The notes: generated by a model from the sequence alone, not told the origin. A DNA stretch of 64,000 bases from an uncultured Thermoplasmatales archaeon (GCA_964346655.1 CAYFVP010000141.1:5362-69361), one strand, 5' to 3'. Shown: positions 47,824-58,724, numbered from the stretch's first letter. Numbers and translations are program-made.

Positions 47824-48415
47824 CTAATTTTTTCTCCTTGATCTCACCTCGAGGTTTTATTTCTGTAAAAATCTGTCCACCAAATTTTGAAATTTTTGTA
47901 CTTTTATCAAACCATGCATCAGGCATAAGTCCTGCTTTCATACAGGCATTTGATAAAAATTCATCCTTATCCCAACCTTGTTCAATAGGAACTTGCGGTA
48001 AAAGTAAACCCTTAAAAATACCTTGTTCAACAATAAGGCCGTCTTTTCCAATTTCGATTTTATCCAGATATTCTTTTGGCTCACGTACATTAATTAATTC
48101 AGGTTTTGTTAAAATTGTTACTTCAATTATGATACTATCTAATTCATCTTCTGTGAGCCGCGGAAATCTTGGATCATGTGTAGCAGATTTTGCACCTTCC
48201 ACAATTGCTTGCTTTAAGGGCATAATAGGAAGAGGTATACCAATACACCCTCTTAAATTGTGATCAGGATAAGTATGAATAGTGACAAAAGCCCCTTGAT
48301 TTTTAAGAAATGCATTTGTTAAATCTAGCTGAGGTACTTTATTATGTTTAACAAATTCTTCTACAACATTTCGTGCAAAAATAACTGCTTTTTTTCCTTG
48401 ATTTATATCTAACAT
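47807..48415 (-). CDS. AMMECR1 domain protein
   Basis: GAFVTIHTY...LRGCIG conserved AMMECR1 core. Confidence 0.8.
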   Translation of the reverse strand: MLDINQGKKAVIFARNVVEEFVKHNKVPQLDLTNAFLKNQGAFVTIHTYPDHNLRGCIGIPLPIMPLKQAIVEGAKSATHDPRFPRLTEDELDSIIIEVTILTKPELINVREPKEYLDKIEIGKDGLIVEQGIFKGLLLPQVPIEQGWDKDEFLSNACMKAGLMPDAWFDKSTKISKFGGQIFTEIKPRGEIKEKKLDGSDN

Positions 48416-48466
48416 GTATAATTAGTATTTGAAAAAAGATTAAATAGAATTTGGTAAAAATAAATT

Positions 48467-51400
48467 CTACTCTTCCTCTAAAATTTTCTCAAAATCATCG
48501 ATATCAAAAGTAATACCTATAGAAATATCTGTTTCTAATATTTCTAGATTTCCTTCCCACATATACGTGTAGTTTTTATCATCTTCACTAATTATACCAC
48601 TTATTGCTGATACATTGTAATATCCAGGTGTTAGTTCAATAAGATATTGACCATTTTCATCTGACATAGAACTTTCAGAAATTGCAGTATTATTTTCTAC
48701 AGTTATATCTGATATAAAGTCGATTGTGACATTATCAATATTTAAACCTTCATAAGAGGTTGTTCCAGAGACCGTTACAGATTTCTTTATTAGAGTTATG
48801 TTATAAGATGCCACTTCATCTTCTTTTACTAATACAAGGTAACCTTCAAAGATATATACGAGGGTATCGCCTTCATATTGATCGACTGTTACATTATAAG
48901 ATCCAGGAATAATATCATCACTATAGAAACCATTACTATTAGATACAAATGTGTCTGCCACTGCTGTATTGTCTTCAACAGATTCATTTTTATCAAAATT
49001 TATTACAATATTTCCAATAGATTCCCCGTTATAATATGTATTACCTGAGAGCCTTATAGGTGCTAGCCCAATAGATATATTTTGATAGGTAGTTTGATTT
49101 TCAGCTGGATAAAGTGTTACCTCAGATAAATACTCAGGAGGTTTTGAAGCTCGTATTAAATAGTTATTAACTTCAAGATTATTAATAATACCAGGAATAA
49201 GTGAGTCAAATGAATATGAGCCATTTGCATCTGTTTTAGTGCTAGAAACAGGAATTTGTTGATCTGTTTGTTCAATGTATAAAATTAATTCAACATCAGT
49301 ATTTGGTAATAATTCATTTGAATCGATTTTTTCATCACCATCTTCATCAAAATAAATTAAACCTTCAATTCTTGCAGGTTTTGCATTAATTATATTTTGT
49401 GTATTATTACCTTCATTTAAAGCTAAATCTACTAAATAATTAAAGAATTGTCCTCTTGTAGCAGTTACTCTATAAATACCTGGTAATAAACCTGAGGTAT
49501 TATAATAACCATTTTCATCTGTGGTTAAATAGGATGCATTTCCAAAATCAAGTTCAATTTTATTTTCGTTGTTTTCATCTTTATAAAATCTTGTGATTCT
49601 ATACAGATTAACTTCTAAATCAGGTATGGGCTCATCAATTGTGGCATTATAAAGGCCATTATAATCTGTATCATTAAAAACATATCCAGATACGTTTGCA
49701 GATTCTATTGCCACATCAAGATATCGTTCAAAATTTGAACCATTTCTACGCATGGCATCATCATCAGTAATGGGTGCGAAATTACTGCCATATGGGCCAT
49801 CAAATGTAATATTTCTATAGATAAATAACTGTCCCTCATCAACATTTTTTCGAATCTGAACTACAACATCGGCACCAGCAATAAGACTAAAATTGCCTGT
49901 CTCGTTTTCATCGAGTGTATTAATAATATCAAGATCGTGATCTATTGGAATAGAAAAATTCTCATAATAGGTATTATTCTTTATAACTACAACTTCACAA
50001 TCAATTGGTACCCCTTTAAAAGTTACAGTCCCATTGACATGGGCACCTTCATAATATTTTGCAATAACAACTGCTGCTTTTCCTGTATCATAATAAGGAT
50101 ATTTGGATAAATCTGAGAAATACTCAGCATAAAAATGCTTCATATTGGCACAAGGAATCTGGTAAGTAAATTCTTCTTTTGCACCTGGTTCCCCTTGTGC
50201 AGGACCAATATAAGTTCTATAAAACATTGTTTCAAAATAAAGATCTTTATATTTTCTATTAGTATTTGTGACAACTATTTTACTTCTCTCTGTCCTACTT
50301 AAACCCAAAAGTTCATCAGCTTTCCAAGTTTTATCCTGGACTTTATTTCCTTGTGAATCAACTGTATATCCTTCATAAATTAATTCAACAAAATCATCAG
50401 CAATCCCATTTATTAATAGCAAGCTTTTATCTGATAAAAATGCAAAAATACTAAAAATTTGCCGATCATAACCCTCAACACCATAATAACGAATACTCCA
50501 GCCTGTAGCTTCCTGCAAGTCGTGATAGAGCCATGTAACACCTTCATCATCCAATGTTTCATTAATGATTTTTATAGTATCATGATAAACTGCGTTTTCT
50601 GCATACTGCTGACCAACTGTATAATCCTTACTGGTTTCTGGATCATATTCTTCTCCAATCGGATTTCCGTAAGAATCAGCAGTTTTATGGTTCTGAAGCC
50701 AACCAGCAATTTTTAAAGAATTATTTTCACCCAAATACTTGGTTAATATTTCAATTACTTTTTCAGAGGGTCTTCTATCATCATCGAGTCTTATATTTCC
50801 TTCTAAAAGTCTTACAATTAAAACAGAGACAGCTTCTTTTTCACTAGTTGCGGTATGAAAATTAGCAGCAACTGGTATTCCATCCTGGAAATTGTCAGCA
50901 ACAGTTGGATGTTCACCAAGAGCTGCTTCATAAAATCCATAGTCCCACCAAGATATAAAACCAGGTCTATCAGCTGGATTTTCAATCTCAGTATCTTGTT
51001 TTTTTAACCATTCAAATGCATCTGCCCAATATCTTTCTTTAATTATTGCTAAACCATAAGCTCCTTGGTGTTCCCTACCAAAACTTTCCCATTTTAATAG
51101 ACTAGACCTATCATCAGGATTCGCGGCATTTGGGACAGCTGCATCAAAAGCAACAAAGGTATTTGGTAAAATAATAATAAATGCTAAAAATAATATTCCA
51201 AAAAGATGTAAAAATTTTACACCTCGACGAATACCATGGAAACCTCCACCTGCACTTCTAATATTTCTTATCATTTGTTTATAATCAATCCAATCTATAA
51301 ATATCCAAATAACCCATCCAGAAAGAATAGCAATAACAGGTACCATATCATTTATAAAACGACCTGCAATACTTGCAAGCCATAGGTTCATTACAAATAA

Positions 51401-52720
51401 CATAGCGATAAATAGATAATCGCGACGGTTTTTATTTTTGTAATACCGAAAACAAATAAGGAAAAAACCGGCCCAGCCTATCCAATAGAGTGCAGGACCA
51501 AATGACATAACAGTATGACTTATCTGATAAGTATTTGCTTCAGCAATTGTCATTGATACTTTTGCACCATAAATGCCCTTTCCAAAAATTACCTCTGCAA
51601 GTCGACTAACAGGTGAGAGAAAGCTATATTGCTCAGCTAAATCTCTAGCAAAATATATAAATGCTAAACCAGCAGCACCAACACCAAAAATTGTAGGAAG
51701 GGAAAGAGTCCATGGAACTTTTAATCTTCCGAAGAGATAATAAATAACACCAAATAATGTTACACCTGCACAAATATATAATGCGACATTTGTTTGAAAT
51801 CCTTCAGGGGAAATAGATACAACTGGTAATGAAATAAGGTAACCTGACCATAGTAAAACACCGGTATTTCTAAATACCTTAAATTCTATCTTATCTGTAA
51901 ATATATCAATTAACATTTGTAGAATTGCATATATCGCAATTATGGTATACAGATAACGTGCCTCTACCCATGTCATTGATAGACCCGCTAGAGAAACGCC
52001 TCCAAGTATTGCATATAAAATAGATTTTTTAGAATCGTCCTCTCTAATACATTTTATTAAAAATAAAAATGTTAGGAAAAATAGTAAAAGATTAAATGAA
52101 TCGTGATCAAAAAGTCCATAGGCTGATCCGTGGCCTGAACCAAGATGAACAGGAATAATTGCAATAAAAAAAGCAGCTATCAGCCCTGCTTTTCTATTGA
52201 ATAACTCTTTTCCTATAAAATACACTACAAATATAATTAAAGCTCCAAATAGTGCTGGAATAAAAAGCATAGAGTAACCAATTGCTTCTATTTCATCCAT
52301 AAAAGGTACCAGAACCCTACTAAAACCCAAAGCCATCATATTAAACAATGGAGCTCTACCACCTTTTGCCCCTAAAGGATAGTTTAACAGAGGATCATTT
52401 TCATAAAAATATGGATAACGACCTTCAGTATATGTTCCTTTAACTAATCTTACGTTATAATATGGATCAGGTCCAGAATAATAGAATTTATCAAAACCTT
52501 CACCTTCAGGATTAATAGTAGCTTCACTATATAAATTAAAATAGGTGTTTAGAAATAACACTAAAAAGAACAAACCTATCAGGGTAACTACAATCCACCA
52601 GTCCTTTTTCTTTTTAATTTGTTTTTTTTCATCCAGATATTTTCTAGGATATGCCGGTTCAGATGGTTCATAAAATGTGGGTCTGCTTTTTCTCTGTGCT
52701 CTTTTACGCATCAATTTCAC
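48467..52720 (-). CDS. aglB: archaeal oligosaccharyltransferase AglB (STT3) with long C-terminal Ig-like/carboxypeptidase-regulatory-like repeats
   Basis: Multi-TM N-terminal half and the WWDYGF motif (FISWWDYGFYEA). The C-terminal roughly 500 aa hold repeated PGIYRVTA / GYVFND-type beta-sandwich modules. 1417 aa. Confidence 0.8.
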   Translation of the reverse strand: MKLMRKRAQRKSRPTFYEPSEPAYPRKYLDEKKQIKKKKDWWIVVTLIGLFFLVLFLNTYFNLYSEATINPEGEGFDKFYYSGPDPYYNVRLVKGTYTEGRYPYFYENDPLLNYPLGAKGGRAPLFNMMALGFSRVLVPFMDEIEAIGYSMLFIPALFGALIIFVVYFIGKELFNRKAGLIAAFFIAIIPVHLGSGHGSAYGLFDHDSFNLLLFFLTFLFLIKCIREDDSKKSILYAILGGVSLAGLSMTWVEARYLYTIIAIYAILQMLIDIFTDKIEFKVFRNTGVLLWSGYLISLPVVSISPEGFQTNVALYICAGVTLFGVIYYLFGRLKVPWTLSLPTIFGVGAAGLAFIYFARDLAEQYSFLSPVSRLAEVIFGKGIYGAKVSMTIAEANTYQISHTVMSFGPALYWIGWAGFFLICFRYYKNKNRRDYLFIAMLFVMNLWLASIAGRFINDMVPVIAILSGWVIWIFIDWIDYKQMIRNIRSAGGGFHGIRRGVKFLHLFGILFLAFIIILPNTFVAFDAAVPNAANPDDRSSLLKWESFGREHQGAYGLAIIKERYWADAFEWLKKQDTEIENPADRPGFISWWDYGFYEAALGEHPTVADNFQDGIPVAANFHTATSEKEAVSVLIVRLLEGNIRLDDDRRPSEKVIEILTKYLGENNSLKIAGWLQNHKTADSYGNPIGEEYDPETSKDYTVGQQYAENAVYHDTIKIINETLDDEGVTWLYHDLQEATGWSIRYYGVEGYDRQIFSIFAFLSDKSLLLINGIADDFVELIYEGYTVDSQGNKVQDKTWKADELLGLSRTERSKIVVTNTNRKYKDLYFETMFYRTYIGPAQGEPGAKEEFTYQIPCANMKHFYAEYFSDLSKYPYYDTGKAAVVIAKYYEGAHVNGTVTFKGVPIDCEVVVIKNNTYYENFSIPIDHDLDIINTLDENETGNFSLIAGADVVVQIRKNVDEGQLFIYRNITFDGPYGSNFAPITDDDAMRRNGSNFERYLDVAIESANVSGYVFNDTDYNGLYNATIDEPIPDLEVNLYRITRFYKDENNENKIELDFGNASYLTTDENGYYNTSGLLPGIYRVTATRGQFFNYLVDLALNEGNNTQNIINAKPARIEGLIYFDEDGDEKIDSNELLPNTDVELILYIEQTDQQIPVSSTKTDANGSYSFDSLIPGIINNLEVNNYLIRASKPPEYLSEVTLYPAENQTTYQNISIGLAPIRLSGNTYYNGESIGNIVINFDKNESVEDNTAVADTFVSNSNGFYSDDIIPGSYNVTVDQYEGDTLVYIFEGYLVLVKEDEVASYNITLIKKSVTVSGTTSYEGLNIDNVTIDFISDITVENNTAISESSMSDENGQYLIELTPGYYNVSAISGIISEDDKNYTYMWEGNLEILETDISIGITFDIDDFEKILEEE

Positions 52721-52763
52721 CTAGGGATAATCAAAACCGTAAACCTGAGGTCTTATAAATAAC

Positions 52764-53627
52764 TTATCTTGTATAATTATTAAAAAATAGTGAAATTATA
52801 GGTGCAATATGAACCTTGCTATATGGTCCTTGTATAGTATCAGTTGAAATGATTTCATTACATCCTGCAGATTTTAATTTTTTTATTGCATTTCCTGCAA
52901 ATAAACCATGAGTACATGCAACAATTACATTTTTTGCTCCATGTTTTTTTAAATGCTGAATTGATTTTGCCATAGTTCCCCCTGTAGAAATTATATCATC
53001 AATAATTGCCACATTTTTATTTTTGGCGTTAAGTTTTTTTGGTTTTATTTCAATGGTTTCACCGTCTATTCGGGTTTTTTCCATGTAATCAAAATCACAT
53101 TTAATTATTTCTGATGCATTTTTTGCTCGATTGAGTGCACCTTTATCAGGAGCAAGTATCATATCAATATTTTTATTCTTAAGATATTTTGCAATTTCTG
53201 GAATAGCAGAACAACTAAATGCTGATGTTGGAAAAAAATCTAAAATATGTTCTTTATGCGGATCAACTGTTATTACCCTATCTGTATTTATACCTATGAG
53301 TTTAGCCATTGCTTTTGCACTTATTGGCTCCCCATCTTGAAATTTTGTATCTTGTCTTGCATAGCCAAAATATGGTATGACCACTGATATTTCCTTTGCT
53401 TTTGATTCTTTCACTGCATTTTGTAAAATAAGTAATTCAATAATATTTGGATCTGGATAGGTTGTTTGAACAATTATTACATGTTCTTTTGATATATCAT
53501 CTAAGATTCGGACATAGAATTCATCATCTGGAAAGCGTTTCGAAATTGTATTTGCCACAGGAACATTTAATTCTTTTGATAAATCCTCTGCAACCTTTTT
53601 TGATGCTGTTCCACCTATTATATACAT
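52764..53627 (-). CDS. prs: ribose-phosphate pyrophosphokinase
   Basis: MYIIGGTASKKVAEDLSKEL N-terminus and the PRPP-binding loop VAIIDDIISTGGT. Confidence 0.85.
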   Translation of the reverse strand: MYIIGGTASKKVAEDLSKELNVPVANTISKRFPDDEFYVRILDDISKEHVIIVQTTYPDPNIIELLILQNAVKESKAKEISVVIPYFGYARQDTKFQDGEPISAKAMAKLIGINTDRVITVDPHKEHILDFFPTSAFSCSAIPEIAKYLKNKNIDMILAPDKGALNRAKNASEIIKCDFDYMEKTRIDGETIEIKPKKLNAKNKNVAIIDDIISTGGTMAKSIQHLKKHGAKNVIVACTHGLFAGNAIKKLKSAGCNEIISTDTIQGPYSKVHIAPIISLFFNNYTR

Positions 53628-53704
53628 GTTTAATATAATTGGAATTAATCACTTATTTTTAGTGATTTCGTATATTTTTCATAAGAAAGTTTTATAAGAA
53701 TCAT

Positions 53705-55903
53705 TTGTCTTATTTATTTGTGGATGTGGGTGTAATGAGATTAAGAAGAATATTTCCTATTTTAGTAAGTGTCTCATTTTTATTATCATTTTTTATTGTT
53801 AATTCAATTGCTCAGGATGAAGAAATTGAAAATTTGGTTGAAGCAACCTTTAATATCGATTTTAACACTGCAACAGATCTAGTAATTAAAATAACAATAA
53901 ACGCTCAGAAATTAACAATGGCAGGTGAAACATTTACATCTGAGCAAATAAAGAATGCAAATGAGCAAGATTTAGGGTCATTTAGATTACTTTTATTTCA
54001 AATGCTTGAATCTCAATTAGAAAAAACGTTTAAAAATGCCGACATTTTAAATTTTACACGACCTATTTTCGATGGTAATTCTTTTCATGAAGAGTTAAAT
54101 GTAGAGCTAACATCGCCCTTTTTTGGACTGAATGAATCTGTTAATGCTCATCATTTTATAAATGGAGTTCTTGACATAAGCGGACTTGTAAATTATTCAA
54201 TTAATTTTTATTCAGAACCAGGATGGAATAATACATATTATGTAGATCTTGGGAAAAATTTAGATTATCAAAGAACAACAGGAAGCTTATTTGGAAATAA
54301 AATGAGTTGGTTATTACATAATTGGAATGGAATTAATCCTAGTAAAAAAGCAGAATTTCAGATAAAAAAGAAAATACCTACAACACAAAAATTAATTACT
54401 GAGGATATTTTTATTTCATATAAACTTGATTCAAGTGATACAATTAAAACAAGCTTAAATTGTAATTTAATTTTAAAATGTATAAACATAACATCCTACA
54501 ATATTATACCAAATTTTGTTTCAAATCTAGATATACTTCCTTCTGATGGAATTAGATTGTTTGTAAATAATGAATTTTTTTCCTGGGAAGATATATACCT
54601 AAACACAGTAAAACCGATAGAAGAAAATATTAAAACATCTATAGAAGAATCTAAATTAAATCAAACACTTAATCTTGAATTTGGTTGGGATCCTGGAACA
54701 ACTACAAATATTTCAGTTCCATTTGAAGTATCAAATATGGATGATTCTCCTCCAGTAAAGGCAGATATTAAAGAAAGCGATGTTAACATCAATATATGTG
54801 ATATTTCCAGTAGAGCTTTATTTGGTTTAATTAATACCGATGCCAAAGTAAACATAACAAAAGATGATATCAATTTTGGTGATAATCTAAAAAATATTGG
54901 TTATGATTACAATGTTAGCTTTTATCTTCCTGATCATTTATATTTAGCTGGAAAAAACATATTTGTATGGAATGAAAGTACAACAACTTTTGGAGAGTTT
55001 GAATCAGATATATCTAAAAGATATGATAGAGAAAATAAAGAAACAATTATTACTATTGAAATTTCAAATACAGATTTGAATTTACTAGGCTTTTTTACTG
55101 GTAATACAGAACTAACCTTTGGAATAAATTTCAAAGAAATAAGAAATTACAATATAACAAAAATTCCCAATGAATTTAGTTTACCTGAAAAAATAAAAAT
55201 TGATTATTTAAACTCAGATGCAATAAGATTGTTAATAGAAGAAAATGTTTTTAGCCAAAATAGTGTTGATGAATTTCTTAAAAATGAAAAAAAACATTTT
55301 GAAAGCATTTTAAGACATATTTTACCAAACTTAGAAGTTAGTGGATCTATATTAAAAGGTGCTTTTGAAGATTCACTTGTCTGGAACGGAAATATATTAG
55401 AAATGGATTCTGGGGATTCAATTGTAGTTTCATCTGCTGCTAAAAGTACATATCCAATCCCCTTCCAATTATCATTTTTACCACCAAAATTTGAAATTCC
55501 ATATCAATATTTTAATTTCACAGGTATACCAAATCATGATGTAACATACAAAGTAATATTTCCGCATGGTATTTCTCTAAATGTTAAGGATCCTCTGGAT
55601 AAATCTGAAGTAGAAAAGACAAGTGATGGTAGACAGTATATATTTATTTCATTTACTTCTGATGAAGCAAATCTCACAAATACCATATCTTATAAAATGA
55701 TTCCTTCTGCGTTTTTTATAATAGGTGTTTTTACACCGTGTATTATAAGTTTTCTAATTACAATAATATTGATTATAATTATTTTCCTTATTAGACATAA
55801 AAGAAAGGCAAAAAAGTTTGGAAGACATATTGAAGAAGGTGAAGAAGGTAGTGGTTATGAAGATGAGGAGTATTATATTCCACCACCTCCAGGCAGAAAA
55901 TAA
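53705..55903 (+). CDS. large surface protein with signal peptide and C-terminal TM anchor (possible S-layer/glycoprotein)
   Basis: Signal peptide after Met11 (start probably 53735); many N-x-S/T sequons; C-terminal TM helix followed by a basic/acidic tail ending PPPPGRK. Confidence 0.45.
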   Translation: MSYLFVDVGVMRLRRIFPILVSVSFLLSFFIVNSIAQDEEIENLVEATFNIDFNTATDLVIKITINAQKLTMAGETFTSEQIKNANEQDLGSFRLLLFQMLESQLEKTFKNADILNFTRPIFDGNSFHEELNVELTSPFFGLNESVNAHHFINGVLDISGLVNYSINFYSEPGWNNTYYVDLGKNLDYQRTTGSLFGNKMSWLLHNWNGINPSKKAEFQIKKKIPTTQKLITEDIFISYKLDSSDTIKTSLNCNLILKCINITSYNIIPNFVSNLDILPSDGIRLFVNNEFFSWEDIYLNTVKPIEENIKTSIEESKLNQTLNLEFGWDPGTTTNISVPFEVSNMDDSPPVKADIKESDVNINICDISSRALFGLINTDAKVNITKDDINFGDNLKNIGYDYNVSFYLPDHLYLAGKNIFVWNESTTTFGEFESDISKRYDRENKETIITIEISNTDLNLLGFFTGNTELTFGINFKEIRNYNITKIPNEFSLPEKIKIDYLNSDAIRLLIEENVFSQNSVDEFLKNEKKHFESILRHILPNLEVSGSILKGAFEDSLVWNGNILEMDSGDSIVVSSAAKSTYPIPFQLSFLPPKFEIPYQYFNFTGIPNHDVTYKVIFPHGISLNVKDPLDKSEVEKTSDGRQYIFISFTSDEANLTNTISYKMIPSAFFIIGVFTPCIISFLITIILIIIIFLIRHKRKAKKFGRHIEEGEEGSGYEDEEYYIPPPPGRK

Positions 55904-55906
55904 AAT

Positions 55907-57097
55907 TTATTTATCTTTTATTATACTTGGGAGAATACGTAAAAGCGTTGGAGCTTTTTTAATCAGAGGTTTTATAAGCTTGGAAGGATAGTCAATATCT
56001 CCATATTTTGAAATAATTTTTACAATTTCTGGATTATTAAATTTAACAATATATTTATCTAATTGTTTGTCTGTTAAATTTTTAAATATCCTTCTGAGTT
56101 TGAAACCCCAATTAAGTTCATGTCCAATTTCTGAGGTCCAAAGTTTATGGTATTTTTTTAACATATTACTTGAAAAATCCTTTTTTTCTAAAGAATCTAT
56201 TGCAATATTTGCACAATGTCTTGCACATAACAATCCAGTATATATCCCACCACCTGAAGTTGGTTTAACCTGTGCGGCAGCATCTCCTACTATCATAATG
56301 TTTGATTGGAATGTTTTTTTCAAAGCACCTAAGGGTATAATTCCTCCTATATGTTTAATTATCTTTGAATTATCAAGGAATTTTAACGTGTTTTTTTGTT
56401 TTAAAAATTTTTTAAAATAATATTTCGGTGAATATGTTTCATCCCCACTTACACATAAACCAATTCGTGCTTCAGTTCCTGCCTTATTTGTTGGAATTAT
56501 CCAGGCAAAAAATCCTGGCGCAATGTTATTTCCAACAAAAATTTCTACAAAATTCGAATCAAGCTCTGTATTTATTATTTCAGCACCAATTCCTCTTAAA
56601 AATTCTAAAGGCTCAGGGAATGCAAATCTATCTCTTATCTTAGAAAATGGACCATCAGCACCAATTAAAAGTTTACATTTGAAATCTTTTTCTTGAGAGG
56701 TTTTTAATTCAATATCATTAGCAGTTTTTTGAACAGATAAAACATTATTATTAACAAAAAGATCAGCTCCGTTATCTTTTGATTTATTAATAATTTCTTT
56801 ATCAAAAATACATCTATCAATCACAAGTGCATGAACTTTATCCTCACCAATTGTGAGAATATTATCAGAAGGAGAATGAATATTTGCCCCTATCATTTGA
56901 TTTTGAATTATTTTTTCTTTTTTAATATTTAAAAAATCAAAAATCCTTGGTGTAACAAGACCTGCACAATTCAGAGATTTTCCAATTTCTTTATTTTTTT
57001 CAAAAATTGCTACCTTAAATTTTTTCTCAGCAATTTTTCCTGCAATATATCCGCCAATTGGTCCTCCGCCTACAATTCCAACGTCATACTTTTCCAT
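55907..57097 (-). CDS. geranylgeranyl reductase family flavoprotein (digeranylgeranylglycerophospholipid reductase-like)
   Basis: MEKYDVGIVGGGPIGGYIAGKIA FAD-binding GxGxxG; start taken at the internal Met of the track ORF. Confidence 0.75.
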   Translation of the reverse strand: MEKYDVGIVGGGPIGGYIAGKIAEKKFKVAIFEKNKEIGKSLNCAGLVTPRIFDFLNIKKEKIIQNQMIGANIHSPSDNILTIGEDKVHALVIDRCIFDKEIINKSKDNGADLFVNNNVLSVQKTANDIELKTSQEKDFKCKLLIGADGPFSKIRDRFAFPEPLEFLRGIGAEIINTELDSNFVEIFVGNNIAPGFFAWIIPTNKAGTEARIGLCVSGDETYSPKYYFKKFLKQKNTLKFLDNSKIIKHIGGIIPLGALKKTFQSNIMIVGDAAAQVKPTSGGGIYTGLLCARHCANIAIDSLEKKDFSSNMLKKYHKLWTSEIGHELNWGFKLRRIFKNLTDKQLDKYIVKFNNPEIVKIISKYGDIDYPSKLIKPLIKKAPTLLRILPSIIKDK

Positions 57098-57165
57098 ACG
57101 AATAAAAAGGTATATTTCACAAGATTTATAACAGAATCGCATATACTGAGGCTGAGAACTGGTAA

Positions 57166-57522
57166 ATGTTTTTCAATATTTTAATAATTAAATTACTTCA
57201 ACAAAAAGGAATAATTTTCTTTTTTTCCAAAAATAAAAAAAAGGAAAAAGAAGAATCAAAGGAGCTGGAAGAGTTTAAAAATTGCCTTATTTGTAAATTT
57301 GTTTTTGATGGAGCCGATAGAAAAATTGGAGAAAGTGTGGCACTTAAAGATGATATTCTAATTATTAAGGCAGGTAAAAAATATCTGGGTGTACCTCTTA
57401 AACACATTGAAATTAAAGAAAAAATCTTACTTGTAAAAGGTTTAATTGAACAAGATAAGGCAGAAAAAATGGGTGAAAAATGGCAACAAGACTCTTTTAA
57501 GGAAATTGATTATTGTGAATAA
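57166..57522 (+). CDS. hypothetical protein (118 aa)
   Basis: ORF only; hydrophobic N-terminus. Confidence 0.25.
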   Translation: MFFNILIIKLLQQKGIIFFFSKNKKKEKEESKELEEFKNCLICKFVFDGADRKIGESVALKDDILIIKAGKKYLGVPLKHIEIKEKILLVKGLIEQDKAEKMGEKWQQDSFKEIDYCE

Positions 57523-57547
57523 AAAAATAATTGAATTTCAATATAAA

Positions 57548-57889
57548 ATGGTTATTGTTACAAGGTCTGATTTAAAACTTACACCAGGTAAACTTGCAGC
57601 TCAGGTTGCACATGCAGCTGTTGCTTGTGCACTTGATACAAAGAAGATAAATTCTAATTGGTACAATAAATGGCAAAATGAAGGTGCCAAAAAAGCTGTT
57701 GTTAGAGTTGATAGCGAAAACGATTTTTTTCTTTTAAAAAAAAAAGCTGAAGAGTTAAACATATCAGCTCATATTATTACTGATGCTGGTCTTACTGAAA
57801 TTCCAACAGGAACAATTACAGTTCTTGGAATTGGCCCTGCTCCAAATAATATTATAGATCAGGTTACAGGAGATTTACCAGCACTTTAA
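57548..57889 (+). CDS. pth2: peptidyl-tRNA hydrolase, archaeal type
   Basis: MVIVTRSDLKLTPGKLAAQVAHAAV and C-terminal GPAP match Pth2; start at the internal Met. Confidence 0.85.
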   Translation: MVIVTRSDLKLTPGKLAAQVAHAAVACALDTKKINSNWYNKWQNEGAKKAVVRVDSENDFFLLKKKAEELNISAHIITDAGLTEIPTGTITVLGIGPAPNNIIDQVTGDLPAL

Positions 57890-57911
57890 AAAAAGAAGAA
57901 GAGTTTTTGAG

Positions 57912-58613
57912 TTATTTCTTTTTTCTATATATAAAAACTAGTATTGTAATTCCAATAATTAATACAAATATTTCAAAACCAGGTGTACTTGTTCCATCAC
58001 CGCCTTCACCTTCTCCTTCATTTTTTGTTTCATCAGGTTCTTCTTCATATGGTTCTTCCTCGTCAGGTTCTTCATATCCAGAGTATTCATAGAAATAGCT
58101 GTTTGGAGCCCAATCTCCCCACCATTCAACATTTGATTCATTCCCGATAGAATTTAATTGCTGAGCATATCCTCTGACATTATATGTAGCTGTTGGATTG
58201 CTGAGTGTAAAGGTAACAGTAAAGGTATTATCACTTACAGGATTATCTAGCATGGAATAATAACCTGAAAGTCCACCTGATCCTATTATCAAACCAGTTC
58301 CACTAGTATATGTTGCAATATAATTTCCATCATCTACTATTAGGTGAATGTAATAATAATAGAGTTCATCTGGTTTTATTGTTCCAGCAACTGTCATTGT
58401 TAAGGTTGCATTGTTTCCTGATATTGAGTAATCAATATTTGTTATATCTATATCAGCATTTGAACCAGTATATTGTTCCCATGAAAATGTCCCATCAATT
58501 GCTTTCCAATGCCATAAATCTCCTGTTGGATCTACCTCAGCAGAAACAGTTTTTGATGTAAACAATAATAGACTAACTAATAAAATCATTATTAAATATC
58601 TATTCCAATCCAT
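57912..58613 (-). CDS. secreted protein with PGF-CTERM archaeosortase sorting signal
   Basis: N-terminal signal peptide, acidic/Thr-rich linker (EEPDEEEPYEEEPDETKNEGEGEGGDGTST), then PGFEIFVLIIGITILVFIYRKKK (PGF + TM + basic tail). Confidence 0.7.
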   Translation of the reverse strand: MDWNRYLIMILLVSLLLFTSKTVSAEVDPTGDLWHWKAIDGTFSWEQYTGSNADIDITNIDYSISGNNATLTMTVAGTIKPDELYYYYIHLIVDDGNYIATYTSGTGLIIGSGGLSGYYSMLDNPVSDNTFTVTFTLSNPTATYNVRGYAQQLNSIGNESNVEWWGDWAPNSYFYEYSGYEEPDEEEPYEEEPDETKNEGEGEGGDGTSTPGFEIFVLIIGITILVFIYRKKK

Positions 58614-58724
58614 AATAAATTGCCTCCAATTTACAAAAACAACAAAATTATATTGTTAAATATATCGAAAAAATAATGTTTTTTCGAAACATTATTAGTA
58701 TACATAAAAGTTTTATTTTTTAAA

